Origin: the human T2T-CHM13v2.0 reference genome, Homo sapiens | Strand: one strand, 5' to 3' | Length of the DNA: 64,000 bases | Assembly (NCBI RefSeq): GCF_009914755.1 | Contig: NC_060946.1 | Shown: piece after piece, positions 1 to 12,900 of the stretch | Layout: every line of letters begins with the position of its first letter | Numbering within the stretch: the stretch's first letter is position 1 | The notes under the pieces: model-generated | Databases searched by the model: none | Seen by the model: the letters and a program-made list of their open reading frames with translations, nothing else | What the model was told of the DNA's origin: nothing | Program-made: the position numbers and the translations under genes

Positions 1-364
1 CTAGTTTTTATGTGAAGGTGTTTCCATTTTCACCTTAGGCCACAAAGCGCCCCAAACATCCATTTGCAGATGATACGAAAAGACTGTTTCCAAACTGCTC
101 AATCAAAAGAAATTTTCAACTCTGTGAGATGAAAGCACACATCACAAAAAAGTTTCTCAGAAACCTTCTGTCTCGCTTTTATCTCAAGATAATTCCTATT
201 TTGCCATAGGAATCAAGGGGCTCACATATATCCCTTTGCAGATTCTACAAAAGTTCTCCTTAAAAACTTCTCAATCAAAAGAAACGTTCAACATTGTGAG
301 ATGAATGAACACATCCCAAAGACGTTTCTCAGGTTGCTTCTGTCTGGTTGCTATGTGAAGATGT

Positions 365-381
365 TTCCTTTTTCACCATAG
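365..381 (+). promoter_or_regulatory. Perfect pJalpha (A-box) motif, monomer 3 of HOR (representative copy)
   Basis: Seen: TTCCTTTTTCACCATAG matches TTCCTTTTYCACCRTAG. Actual protein binding is not shown by sequence. Confidence 0.75.
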
Positions 382-534
382 TCTTTAAGCCACTCAAAAA
401 TATCTGTCTGCAGACTCTACAAAAAGACTCTTTCCAAACTGGCCCATATGGCATGTTTCAACTATGTGAAACGAATGCACTCATCAAAAAGTAGTTTTTC
501 AGGAGTCTCCTGTCTAGTTTTCATGTGAAGATAT

Positions 535-551
535 TTCCTTTTTCACCGTAG
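535..551 (+). promoter_or_regulatory. Perfect pJalpha (A-box) motif, monomer 4 of HOR (representative copy)
   Basis: Seen: TTCCTTTTTCACCGTAG. Confidence 0.75.
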
Positions 552-3274
552 GCCACAAATTGCTCCAAATATCCATTTGCAGATTCTACAAAAAGAATGT
601 TCCCAAACTGGTCAATCAAAAGAAAGGCGCAACTCTGTGAGACGAAAGCACACATCACAAAGAAGTTTCTCGGAAAGCCTCTGTCTACATTTTATGTGAA
701 GGTATTTCCTTTGGCACCATAGGCCTTAAACCGCTCGCAAATATGACTCCACTTATACTACCAAGAGACTTTCTCCAAATTGCTAAATCAAAAGAAAGTT
801 TCAACCCTGTGAGATGAATACACACATCAAAAAGAAGTTTCTCAAAATGCTTCTGTCTAGTTTTCATGGGAAGATATTTATTTTTCACCGTTGGCCCCAA
901 ACCGCTCAGAAATATCCCTTTGCAGTTTGTAGGAAAAGACTGCTTCCAAACTGCTCAATGAAAGGAAATGGTCAACTATTAGAGATGAATGGAAATGTCG
1001 CAAAGAGTTTTCTCGAAAAGCTACTGTGTCGTTTTTATGTGAAGACATTGCCTTTTGCACCCTAGGCCTTAAAACTCTCTAAATGCACATTCACAGATTC
1101 TACAAAAAGACTGATTCCAAACTGCTCAATCAGAAGAAGGGTTCAATTCCGTGTGACAAACGTGCACATCACCAAGAAATTTGTCAGAAAGCTTCTGTCT
1201 ACTTTTTATGTGAAGATATTTCATATTCCAACAAAGGCCATAAAGGGCTCACAAATATCCCTTCGCAGATTCTAAGAAAAGACGTTTTCCAAACTCCTCA
1301 ATCAAAAGAAAGGTTTAACTCTGTGAGATGAATGGACACATCACGAAGAAGTTTCTCAGAAAGCTTCTGTCTAGTTTTTCTGTGAAGATATTTCTTTTTC
1401 ACCATAGGCCTCAAGCAGCTAAGAAATTTCCCTCTGCAGCTTCTACCAAAGACTGTTTCCAAACTGCTCACCTGAAAGAAAGGTTGAATTCTGTGACATG
1501 AATTCACACATCACAAAGAGGTTTTTCAGAAATCTTCTGTCTGGTTTTTAGGTGAAGATACTTCCTTTTTCACCACGGGCCTCAAATATCTCCAAATATC
1601 CATTTGCAGATTCTACAGAAAGACTTTGCAAACTGCTCAATCAAAAGAAGGGTTCAACACTGTGAGATGAAGGCACACATCACCAAGAAGTTTCTCAGAA
1701 ACCTTCTGTCTAGTTTTTAGGTGAAGATACTTCGTATTTCACCACAGGCCATAAAGGGCTCACAAATATCCCTCTGCAGGTTCTACAAAAAGACTGTTCC
1801 CAAACTGCCCAATCAAAGGAGAGGTTCAACTCTGTGACGTAAATGGACACATCACAAAAAATTTCTTGGAATGCTTCCGTCTAGTTCTTATGGGAAGATA
1901 TTTCTCTTTCACCATAAGCCTCAAACGGATCAGAATTCTCCCTTTGCAGATTGTACAATAAGCCTCTTTCCAATCTGCTCAATCAAGAGAAAGTTTCCAC
2001 TCGGTTAGGTGAATGCACACATCACAAGGGAGTTTCTCAGAAAGCTTCTGTTTAGTTTTTACGTGAAGATATTTCGTTTTTCACCACGGGCCTCAAAAGC
2101 TCTCCAAATATCCATTTGCAGATTCTAGAAAAAGAGTGTTTCCAAACTCCTCAATCAAAGGATAGTTTCAATTCTGTGAGATGAAAGCACACATCACAAC
2201 GAAGTTTCTTAGAAAGCGTCTGTCTAGTTTTTATGTGAAGGTACTTCACATTGCATCACAGTACTCAATGGGCTCAGAAATATCCCCTTGCAGATCCTAG
2301 AAAAGGACGGTTTCAAAACTGCTCAATCCAAAGAAAGCTTCAACTATGTGACACGAATGCACACGTCACGAAGACCTTCCTCAGAATGCTTCTGTCTAGT
2401 TTACATGTGAAGAAGATTCCTATTTCACCATAGGCAATAAAGGGCTCACAAATGTTTTTTGCAGATTCTCCGAAAAGACTGTATCCAAACTGCTCAATAA
2501 AAAGAAAGTTTTAACTCTGTTCGATTAGTGGACACATCAAAAAGTAGTTTCTCAGAAAACTTCTGTGTAGTTTTTATGTGAAGATACTTCCTTTGTCACC
2601 ATTGGCCTCCAAGCACTCCTAATATCCATTTACAGATGTCACAGAAAGAGTGTTTCCAAACTGCTCAATCAAAAGAAAGTGTTTAACTCTGTGAGGTGAA
2701 AGCACACATCTCAAAGAAGTTTCTCCGAAAGCTTCGGTCTAGTTTTCATGTGATGATATTTCCAGTCTCACCATAGGCCTCAAAGGGCTAAGAAATATCC
2801 CTTTCCAGATTCTAAAAGACCACCATTTCCATACTTCTCAATCAAAAGAAAGGTTAAATTCTGTGAGGTTAATGCACACATCAGAATGAAGTTTCTCAGA
2901 ATTCTCCTGTCTAGTTTTCATGGGAAGATATTTACTATTTCACTATAGGCTTCAAATGTCTCAAAAATATCCCTTTGCAGATTCTACAAAAATATGCTTT
3001 CCAAAGTGCTGAATTAAAAGAAACCTTCAACTCTGTCAGATGAATGGAGACATCACAAAGAAGTTCCTCAGAATGCTTCTGTCTAGTTGAAATGTGAAGA
3101 CATTTCTTTTTCACCATAGACCTCAAAGGGCTCAGAATTAGACCTTTGCAGATTGCAGAGAAAGACTGTCTCTAAACTGCTCAAATAAAATAAAGTTTCA
3201 ACACGGTGAGATGAATGCACACCTCACAAAGAAGTTCCTCAGAAAGCTTCTGTCTGGTTTTTATGTGAAGATAT

Positions 3275-3291
3275 TTCCTTTTTCACCATAG
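3275..3291 (+). promoter_or_regulatory. Perfect pJalpha (A-box) motif, monomer 20 of HOR (representative copy)
   Basis: Seen: TTCCTTTTTCACCATAG. It is retained in most copies of both major lineages. Confidence 0.75.
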
Positions 3292-3999
3292 GCCTTACAC
3301 CGCTCACAAATATCCTTCTGCAGATACTATAAAAAGACGGTTTCCAAACTGCTCCATCAAAAGAAAATTTCACCTATCTGAGATGAATGCACACATCATA
3401 AAGAAGTTCCTCAGAATTCTTCTGTCTAGTTTTTATGTGAAGGTGTTTCCATTTTCACCTTAGGCCACAAAGCGCCCCAAACATCCATTTGCAGATGATA
3501 CGAAAAGACTGTTTCCAAACTGCTCAATCAAAAGAAATTTTCAACTCTGTGAGATGAAAGCACACATCACAAAAAAGTTTCTCAGAAACCTTCTGTCTCG
3601 CTTTTATCTCAAGATAATTCCTATTTTGCCATAGGAATCAAGGGGCTCACATATATCCCTTTGCAGATTCTACAAAAGTTCTCCTTAAAAACTTCTCAAT
3701 CAAAAGAAACGTTCAACATTGTGAGATGAATGAACACATCCCAAAGACGTTTCTCAGGTTGCTTCTGTCTGGTTGCTATGTGAAGATGTTTCCTTTTTCA
3801 CCATAGTCTTTAAGCCACTCAAAAATATCTGTCTGCAGACTCTACAAAAAGACTCTTTCCAAACTGGCCCATATGGCATGTTTCAACTATGTGAAACGAA
3901 TGCACTCATCAAAAAGTAGTTTTTCAGGAGTCTCCTGTCTAGTTTTCATGTGAAGATATTTCCTTTTTCACCGTAGGCCACAAATTGCTCCAAATATCC

Positions 4000-6900
4000 A
4001 TTTGCAGATTCTACAAAAAGAATGTTCCCAAACTGGTCAATCAAAAGAAAGGCGCAACTCTGTGAGACGAAAGCACACATCACAAAGAAGTTTCTCAGAA
4101 AGCCTCTGTCTACATTTTATGTGAAGGTATTTCCTTTGGCACCATAGGACTTAAACCGCTCGCAAATATAACTCCACTTATACTACCAAGAGACTTTCTC
4201 CAAATTGCTAAATCAAAAGAAAGGTTCAACTCTGTGAGATGAATACACACATCAAAAGAAGTTTCTCAAAATGCTTCCGTCTAGTTTTCATGGGAAGATA
4301 TTTATTTTTCACCGTTGGCCCCAAACCGCTCAGAAATATCCCTTTGCAGTTTGTAGAAAAAGACTGCTTCCAAACTGCACAATGTAAGGAAATGGCCAAC
4401 TATTAGAGATGAATGGAAATGTCACAAACAGTTTTCTCAAAAAGCTACTGTGTCGTTTTTATGTGAAGACATTGCCTCTTGCACCCTAGGCCTTAAAACT
4501 CTCTAAATACACATTCACAGATTCTACAAAAAGACTGATTCCAAACTGCTCAATCAGAAGAAGGGTTCAATTCCGTGTGACAAACGTGCACATCACCAAG
4601 AAATTTGTCAGAAAGCTTCTGGAACTTTTTATGTGAAGATATTTCATATTTCAACAAAGGCCATAAAGGACTCACAATTATCCCTTCGCAGATTCTAAGC
4701 AAAGACGTTTTCCAAACTCCTCAATCAAAAGAAAGGTTGAACTCTGTGAGATGAATGGACACATCACGAAGAAGTTTCTCAGAAAGCTTCTGTCTAGTTT
4801 TTCTGTGAAGATATTTCTTTTTCACCATAGGCCTCAAGCAGCTAAGAAATTTCCCTCTGCAGCTTCTACCAAAGACTGTTTCCAAACTGCTCAACTGAAA
4901 GAAAGGTTGAATTCTGTGACATGAATTCACACATCACAAAGAGGTTTTTCAGAAATCTCCTGTCTGGTTTTTAGGTGAAGATATTTCCTTTTTCACCACG
5001 GGCCTCAAATATCTCCAAATATCCATTTGCAGATTCTACAGAAAGACTTTTCAAACTGCTCAATCAAAAGAAAGGTTCAACACTGTGAGATGAAGGCACA
5101 CATCACCAAGAAGTTTCTCAGAAACCTTCTGTCTAGTTTTTAGGTGAAGATACTTCGTATTTCACCACAGGCCGTAAAGGGCTCACAAATATCCCTTTAC
5201 AGGTTCTACAAAAAGACTGTTTCCAAACTGCCCAATCAAAGGAGAGGTTCAACTCTGTGACGTGAATGGACACATCACAAAAAATTTCTTGGAATGCTTC
5301 CGTCTAGTTCTTATGGGAAGATATTTCTCTTTCACCATAAGCCTCAAACGGATCAGAATTCTCCCTTTGCAGATTGTACGATAAGCCTCTTTCCAATCTG
5401 CTCAATCAAAAGAAAGTTTCCACTCGGTGAGGTGAATGCACACATCGCAAGGGAGTTTCTCAGAAAGCTTCTGTTTAGTTTTTACGTGAAGATATTTCGT
5501 TTTTCACCACGGGCCTCAAAAGCTCTCCAAATATCCATTTTCAGATTCTAGAAAAAGAGTGTTTCCAAACTCCTCAATCAAAGGATAGCTTCAATTCTGT
5601 GCGATGAAAGCACACATCACAACGAAGTTTCTTAGAAAGCGTCTGTCTAGTTTTCATGTGAAGATACTTCACATTGCATCCCAGTACTCAATGGGCTCAG
5701 AAATGTCCCCTTGCAGATCCTACAAAAGGACTGTTTCAAAACTGCTGAATCCAAAGAAATTTTCAACTATGTGAGATGAATGCACACGTCACGAAGAAGT
5801 TCCTCAGAATGCTTCTGTCTAGTTTATATGTGAAGAAGATTCCTATTTCACCATAGGCAATAAAGGGCTCACAAATATGTTTTGCAGATTCTACAAAAGG
5901 ACTGTATCCAAACTGCTCAATAAAAAGAAAGTTTTAACTCTGTTACATTAATGGACACATCAACAAGTAGTTTCTCAGAAAACTTCTGTGTAGTTTTTAT
6001 GTGGAGATACTTCCTTTGTCACCATTGGCCTCAAAGCACCCCTAATATCCATTTACAGATGTCACAGAAAGAGTGTTTCCAAACTGCTCAATCAAAGGAA
6101 AGTGTTTTACTCTGTGAGGTGAAAGCACACATCTCAAAGAAGTTTCTCCGAAAGCTTCGGTCTAGTTTTCATGTGATGATATTTCCAGTCTCACCATAGG
6201 CCTCAAAGGGCTAAGAAATATCCCTTTCCAGATTCTAAAAGACCACCATTTCCATACTTCTCAATCAAAAGAAAGGTTAAATTCTGTGAGGTTAATGCAC
6301 ACATCAGAATGAAGTTTCTCAGAATTCTCCTGTCTAGTTTTCATGGGAAGATATTTACTATTTCACTATAGGCTTCAAAAGTCTAAAAAATATCCCTTTT
6401 CAGATTCTACAAAAATATACTTTCCTAAGTGCTGAATTAGAAGAAACCTTCAACTCTGTCAGATGAATGGAGGCATCACAACGAAGTTCCTCAGAATGCT
6501 TCTGTCTAGTTTAAATGTGAAGATATTTCTTTTTCACCATAGACCTCAAAGGGCTCAGAATTAGACCTTTGCAGATTGCAGAGAAAGACTGTCTCTAAAC
6601 TGCTCAAATAAAATAAAGTTTCAACACGGTGAGATGAATGCACACATCACAAAGAAGTTCCTCAGAAAGCTTCTGTCTGTTTTTTATGTGAAGATATTTC
6701 CTTTTTCACCATAGGCCTTACACCGCTCACAAATATCCTTCTGCAGATACTAGAAAAAGACTGTTTCCAAACTGCTCCATCAAAAGAAAATTTCACCCAT
6801 CTGAGATGAATGCACACATCATAAAGAGGTTCCTCAGAATTCTTCTGTCTAGTTTTTATGTGAAGATGTTTCCATTTTCACCTTAGGCCACAAAGCGCTC

Positions 6901-9900
6901 CAAACATCCGTTTGCAGATGATACGAAAAGAGTGTTTCCAAACTGCTCAATCAAAAGAAATTTTCAACTCTGTGAGATGAAAGCACACATCACAAAAAAG
7001 TTTCTCAGAAATCTTCTGTCTCGCTTTTATCTCAAGATAATTCCTATTTTGCCATAGGAATCAAGGGGCTCACACATATCCCTTTGCGGATTCTACAAAA
7101 GTTCTCTTTACAAACTTCTCAATCAAAAGAAACGTTCAACATTGTGAGATGAATGAACACATCCCAAAGAAGTTTCTCAGGTTGCTTCTGTCTGGTTGCT
7201 ATGTGAAGATGTTTCCTTTTTCACCATAGTCTTTAAGCCACTCAAAAATATCTGTCTGCAGACGCCACAAAAAGACTGTTTCCAAACTGGCCCATATAGC
7301 ATGTTTCAACGATGTGAAATGAATGCACTCATCAAAAAGAAGGTTCTCAGGATTCTCCTGTCTAGTTTTTATGTGAAGATATTTCCTTTTTCACCGTAGG
7401 CCACAAATTGCTCCAAATATCCATTTGCAGATTCTACAAAAAGAATGTTCCCAAACTGGTCAATCAAAAGAAAGGCGCAACTCTGTGAGACGAAAGCACA
7501 CATCACAAAGAAGTTTCTCAGAAAGCCTCTGTCTACATTTTATGTGAAGGTATTTCCTTTGGCACCATAGGACTTAAACCGCTCGCAAATATAACTCCAC
7601 TTATACTACCAAGAGACTTTCTCCAAATTGCTAAATCAAAAGAAAGGTTCAACTCTGTGAGATGAATACACACATCAAAAGAAGTTTCTCAAAATGCTTC
7701 CGTCTAGTTTTCATGGGAAGATATTTATTTTTCACCGTTGGCCCCAAACCGCTCAGAAATATCCCTTTGCAGTTTGTAGAAAAAGACTGCTTCCAAACTG
7801 CTCAATGTAAGGAAATGGCCAACTATTAGAGATGAATGGAAATGTCACTAAGAGTTTTCTCAAAAAGCTACTGTGTCGTTTTTATGTGAAGACATTGCCT
7901 CTTGCACCCTAGGCCTTAAAACTCTCTAAATACACATTCACAGATTCTACAAAAAGACTGATTCCAAACTGCTCAATCAGAAGAAGGGTTCAATTCCGTG
8001 TGACAAACGTGCACATCACCAAGAAATTTGTAAGAAAGCTTCTGTCTACTTTTTATGGGAAGATATTTCATATTTCAACAAAGGCCATAAAGGACTCACA
8101 ATTATCCCTTCGCAGATTCTAAGAAAAGACGTTTTCCAAACTCCTCAATCAAAAGAAAGGTTTAACTCTGTGAGATGAATGGACACATCACGAAGAAGTT
8201 TCTCAGAAAGCTTCTGTCTAGTTTTTCTTTGAAGATATTTCTTTTTCACCATGGGCCTCAAGCAGCTAAGAAATTTCCCTCTGCAGCTTCTACCAAAGAC
8301 TGTTTCCAAACTGCTCAACTGAAAGAAAGGTTGAATCCTGTGACATGAATTCACACGTCACAAAGAGGTTTTTCAGAAATCTTCTGTCTGGTTTTTAGGA
8401 GAAGATACTTTCTTTTTCACCACGGGCCTCAAATATCTCCAAATATCCATTTGCAGATTCTACAGAAAGACTTTCCAAACTGCTCAATCAAAAGAAAGGT
8501 TCAACACTGTGAGATGAAGGCACACATCACCAAGAAGTTTCTCAGAAAACTTCTGTCTAGTTTTTAGGTGAAGATACTTCGTATTTCACCACAGGCCATA
8601 AAGGGCTCACAAATATCCCTCCGCAGGTTCTACAAAAAGACTGTTTCCAAACTGCCCAATCAAAGGAGAGGTTCAACTCTGTGACGTGAATGGACACATC
8701 ACAAAATATTTCTTGGAATGCTTCCGTCTAGTTCTTATGGTAAGATATTTCTCTTTCACCATAAGCCTCAAACGGATCAGAATTCTCCCTTTGCAGATTG
8801 TACGATAAGCCTCTTTCCAATCTGCTCAATCAAAAGAAAGTTTCCACTCGGTGAGGTGAATGCACACATCGCAAGGGAGTTTCTCACAAAGCTTCTGTTT
8901 AGTTTTTACGTGAAGATATTTCGTTTTTCACCACGGGCCTCAAAAGCTCTCCAAATATCCATTTGCAGATTCTAGAAAAAGAGTGTTTCCAAACTCCTCA
9001 ATCAAAGGATAGCTTCAATTCTATGCGATGAAAGCACACATCACAACGAAGTTTCTTAGAGAGCGTCTGTCTAGTTTTCATGTGAAGATACTTCACATTG
9101 CATCCCAGTACTCAATGGGCTCAGAAATGTCCCCTTGCAGATCCTACAAAAGGACTGTTTCAAAACTGCTGAATCCAAAGAAAGTTTCAACTATGTGAGA
9201 CGAATGCACACGTCATGAAGAAGATCCTCAGAATGCTTCTGTCTAGTTTATATGTGAAGAAGATTCCTATTTCACCATAGGCAATAAAGGGCTCACAAAT
9301 ATGTTTTGCAGATTGTACAAAAGGACTGTATCCAAACTGCTCAATAAAAAGAAGGTTTTAACTCTGTTAGGTTAATGGACATATCAAAAAGTAGTTTCTC
9401 AGAAAACTTCTGTGAAGTTTTTATGTGAAGATACTTCCTTTGTCACCATTGGCCTCAAAGCACTCCTAATATCCATTTACAGATGTCACAGAAAGAGTGT
9501 TTCCACACTGCTCAATCAAAAGAAAGTGTTTAACTCTGTGAGGTGAAAGCACACATCTCAAAGAAGTTTCTCCGAAAGCTTCGGTCTAGTTTTCATGTGA
9601 TGATATTTCCAGTCTCACCATAGGCCTCAAAGGGCTAAGAAATATCCCTTTCCAGATTCTAAAAGACCACCATTTCCATACTTCTCAATCAAAAGAAAGG
9701 TTACATTCTGTGAGGTTAATGCACACATCAGAATGAAGTTTCTCAGAATTCTCCTGTCTAGTTTTCATGGGAAGATATTTACTATTTCACTATAGGCTTC
9801 AAAAGTCTAAAAAATATCCCTTTGCAGATTCTACAAAAATATGCTTTCCAAAGTGCTGAATTAGAAGAAACCTTCAACTCTGTCAGATGAATGGAGGCAT

Positions 9901-12900
9901 CACAACGAAGTTCCTCAGAATGCTTCTGTCTAGTTTAAATGGGAAGATATTTCTTTTTCACCATAGACCTCAAAGGGCTCAGAATTAGACCTTTGCAGAT
10001 TGCAGAGAAAGACTGTCTCTAAACTGCTCAAATAAAATAAAGTTTCAACACGGTGAGATGAATGCACACCTCACAAAAAGTTCCTCAGAAAGCTTCTGTC
10101 TGGTTTTTATGTGAAGATATTTCCTTTTTCACCATAGGCCTTACACCGCTCACAAATATCCTTCTGCAGATACTAGAAAAAGACTGTTTCCAAACTGCTC
10201 CATCAAAAGAAAATTTCACCCATCTCAGATGAATGCACACATCATAAAGAGGTTCCTCAGAATTCTTCTGTCTAGTTTTTATGTGAAGATGTTTCCATTT
10301 TCACCTTAGGCCACAAAGCGCTCCAAACATCCGTTTGCAGATGATACGAAAAGACTGTTTCCAAACTGCTCAATCAAAAGAAATTTTCAACTCTGTGAGA
10401 TGAAAGCACACATCACAAAAAAGTTTCTCAGAAATCTTCTGTCTCGCTTTTATCTCAAGATAATTCCTATTTTGCCATAGGAATCAAGGGGCTCACACAT
10501 ATCCCTTTGCGGATTCTACAAAAGTTCTCTTTACAAACTTCTCAATCAAAAGAAACGTTCAACATTGTGAGATGAATGAACACATCCCAAAGAAGTTTCT
10601 CAGGTTGCTTCTGTCTGGTTGCTATGTGAAGATGTTTCCTTTTTCACCATAGTCTTTTAGCCACTCAAAAATATCTGTCTGCAGACTCCACAAAAAGACT
10701 GTTTCCAAACTGGCCCATATAGCATGTTTCAAAGATGTGAAATGAATGCACTCATCAAAAAGAAGGTTCTCAGGATTCTCCTGTCTAGTTTTTATGTGAA
10801 GATATTTCCTTTTTCACCGTAGGCCACAAATTGCTCCAAATATCCATTTGCAGATTCTACAAAAAGAATGTTCCCAAACTGGTCAATCAAAAGAAAGGCG
10901 CAACTCTGTGAGACGAAAGCACACATCACAAAGAAGTTTCTCGGAAAGCCTCTGTCTACATTTTATGTGAAGGTATTTCCTTTGGCACCATAGGCCTTAA
11001 ACCGCTCGCAAATATAACTCCACTTATACTACCAAGAGACTTTCTCCAAATTGCTAAATCAAAAGAAAGGTTCAACTCTGTGAGATGAATACACACATCA
11101 AAAGAAGTTTCTCAAAATGCTTCCGTCTAGTTTTCATGGGAAGATATTTATTTTTCACCGTTGGCCCCAAACCGCTCAGAAATATCCCTTTGCAGTTTGT
11201 AGAAAAAGACTGCTTCCAAACTGCTCAATGTAAGGAAATGGCCAACTATTAGAGATGAATGGAAATGTCACAAAGAGTTTTCTCAAAAAGCTACTGTGTC
11301 GTTTTTATGTGAAGACATTGCCTCTTGCACCCTAGGCCTTAAAACTCTCTAAATACACATTCACAGATTCTACAAAAAGACTGATTCCAAACTGCTCAAT
11401 CAGAAGAAGGGTTCAATTCCGTGTGACAAACGTGCACATCACCAAGAAATTTGTCAGAAAGCTTCTGTCTACTTTTTATGGGAAGATATTTCATATTTCA
11501 ACAAAGGCCATAAAGGACTCACAATTATCCCTTCGCAGATTCTAAGAAAAGCCGTTTTCCAAACTCCTCAATCAAAAGAAAGGTTTAACTCTGTGAGATG
11601 AATGGACACATCACGAAGAAGTTTCTCAGAAAGCTTCTGTCTAGTTTTTCTTTGAAGATATTTCTTTTTCACCATAGGCCTCAAGCAGCTAAGAAATTTC
11701 CCTCTGCAGCTTCTACCAAAGACTGTTTCCAAACTGCTCACCTGAAAGAAAGGTTGAATTCTGTGACATGAATTCACACATCACAAAGAGGTTTTTCAGA
11801 AATCTTCTGTCTGGTATTTAGGTGAAGATACTTCCTTTTTCACCACGGGCCTCAAATATCTCCAAATATCCATTTGCAGATTCTACAGAAAGACTTTCCA
11901 AACTGCTCAATCACAAGAAAGGTTCAACACTGTGTGATGAAGGCACACATCACCAAGAAGTTTCTCAGACACCTTCTGTCTAGTTTTTAGGTGAAGATAC
12001 TTCGTATTTCACCACAGGCCATAAAGGGCTCACAAATATCCCTCTGCAGGTTCTACAAAAACACTGTTTCCAAACTGCCCAATCAAAGGAGAGGTTCAAC
12101 TCTGTGACGTGAATGGACACATCACAAAAAATTTCTTGGAATGCTTCCGTCTAGTTCTTATGGGAAGATATTTCTCTTTCACCATAAGCCTCAAACGGAT
12201 CAGAATTCTCCCTTTGCAGATTGAACGATAAGCCTCTTTCCAATCTGCTCAATCAAAAGAAAGTTTCCACTCGGTGAGGTGAATGCACACATCGCAAGGG
12301 AGTTTCTCACAAAGCTTCTGTTTAGTTTATACGTGAAGATATTTCGTTTTTCACCACGGGCCTCAAAAGCTCTCCAAATATCTATTTGCAGATTCTAGAA
12401 AAAGAGTGTTTCCAAACTCCTCAATCAAAGGATAGCTTCAATTCTGTGCGATGAAAGCACACATCACAACGAAGTTTCTTAGAAAGCGTCTGTCTAGTTT
12501 TCATGTGAAGATACTTCACATTGCATCCCAGTACTCAATGGGCTCAGAAATGTCCCCTTGCAGATCCTACAAAAGGACTGTTTCAAAACTGCTGAATCCA
12601 AAGAAAGTTTCAACTATGTGAGACGAATGCACACGTCACGAAGAAGTTCCTCAGAATGCTTCTGTCTAGTTTATATGTGAAGAAGATTCCTATTTCACCA
12701 TAGGCAATAAAGGGCTCACAAATATGTTTTGCAGATTCTACAAAAGGACTGTATCCAAACTGCTCAATAAAAAGAAAGTTTTAACTCTGTTAGGTTAATG
12801 GACACATCAAAAAGTAGTTTCTCAGAAAACTTCTGTGTAGTTTTTATGTGAAGATACTTCCTTTGTCACCATTGGCCTCAAAGCACTCCTAATATCCATT

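Larger units (their letters stand above)
1..3425 (-). repeat. One 20-mer HOR unit (3,425 bp); ~18.7 tandem copies in the window, unit lengths 3,421-3,427 bp
   Basis: Seen: bases from position 1 recur at 3426. I counted 20 distinct A/B-box positions in 1-3425. ORF-track artefacts recur at exactly 3,425-bp spacing on the right side (45331, 48756, 52181, 55606, 59031, 62456). Confidence 0.97.
1..4000 (-). repeat. HOR haplotype block A (U1 plus first ~4 monomers of U2)
   Basis: Seen: alleles GAAGGTGTTT, GAAACCTTCTGTCTCG, TTCTCCTTAAAA, AAGACGTTTCTC, CATATGGCATG and GTAGTTTTTCAGGAGT occur at 1-530 and 3426-3950 only. Confidence 0.8.

Noticed and set aside
2073-2090. CENP-B-box look-alike TTCGTTTTTCACCACGGG (monomer 13, left lineage)
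   Set aside because: TTCG and CGGG are 10 nt apart rather than the required 7 (TTCGnnnnAnnCGGG). The orientation is also opposite to that of a real box in this array.
2496-2501. AATAAA hexamers (monomers 15 and 19) as polyadenylation signals
   Set aside because: These are one-base variants of the alphoid AATCAAAA motif in AT-rich DNA, with no transcript context.
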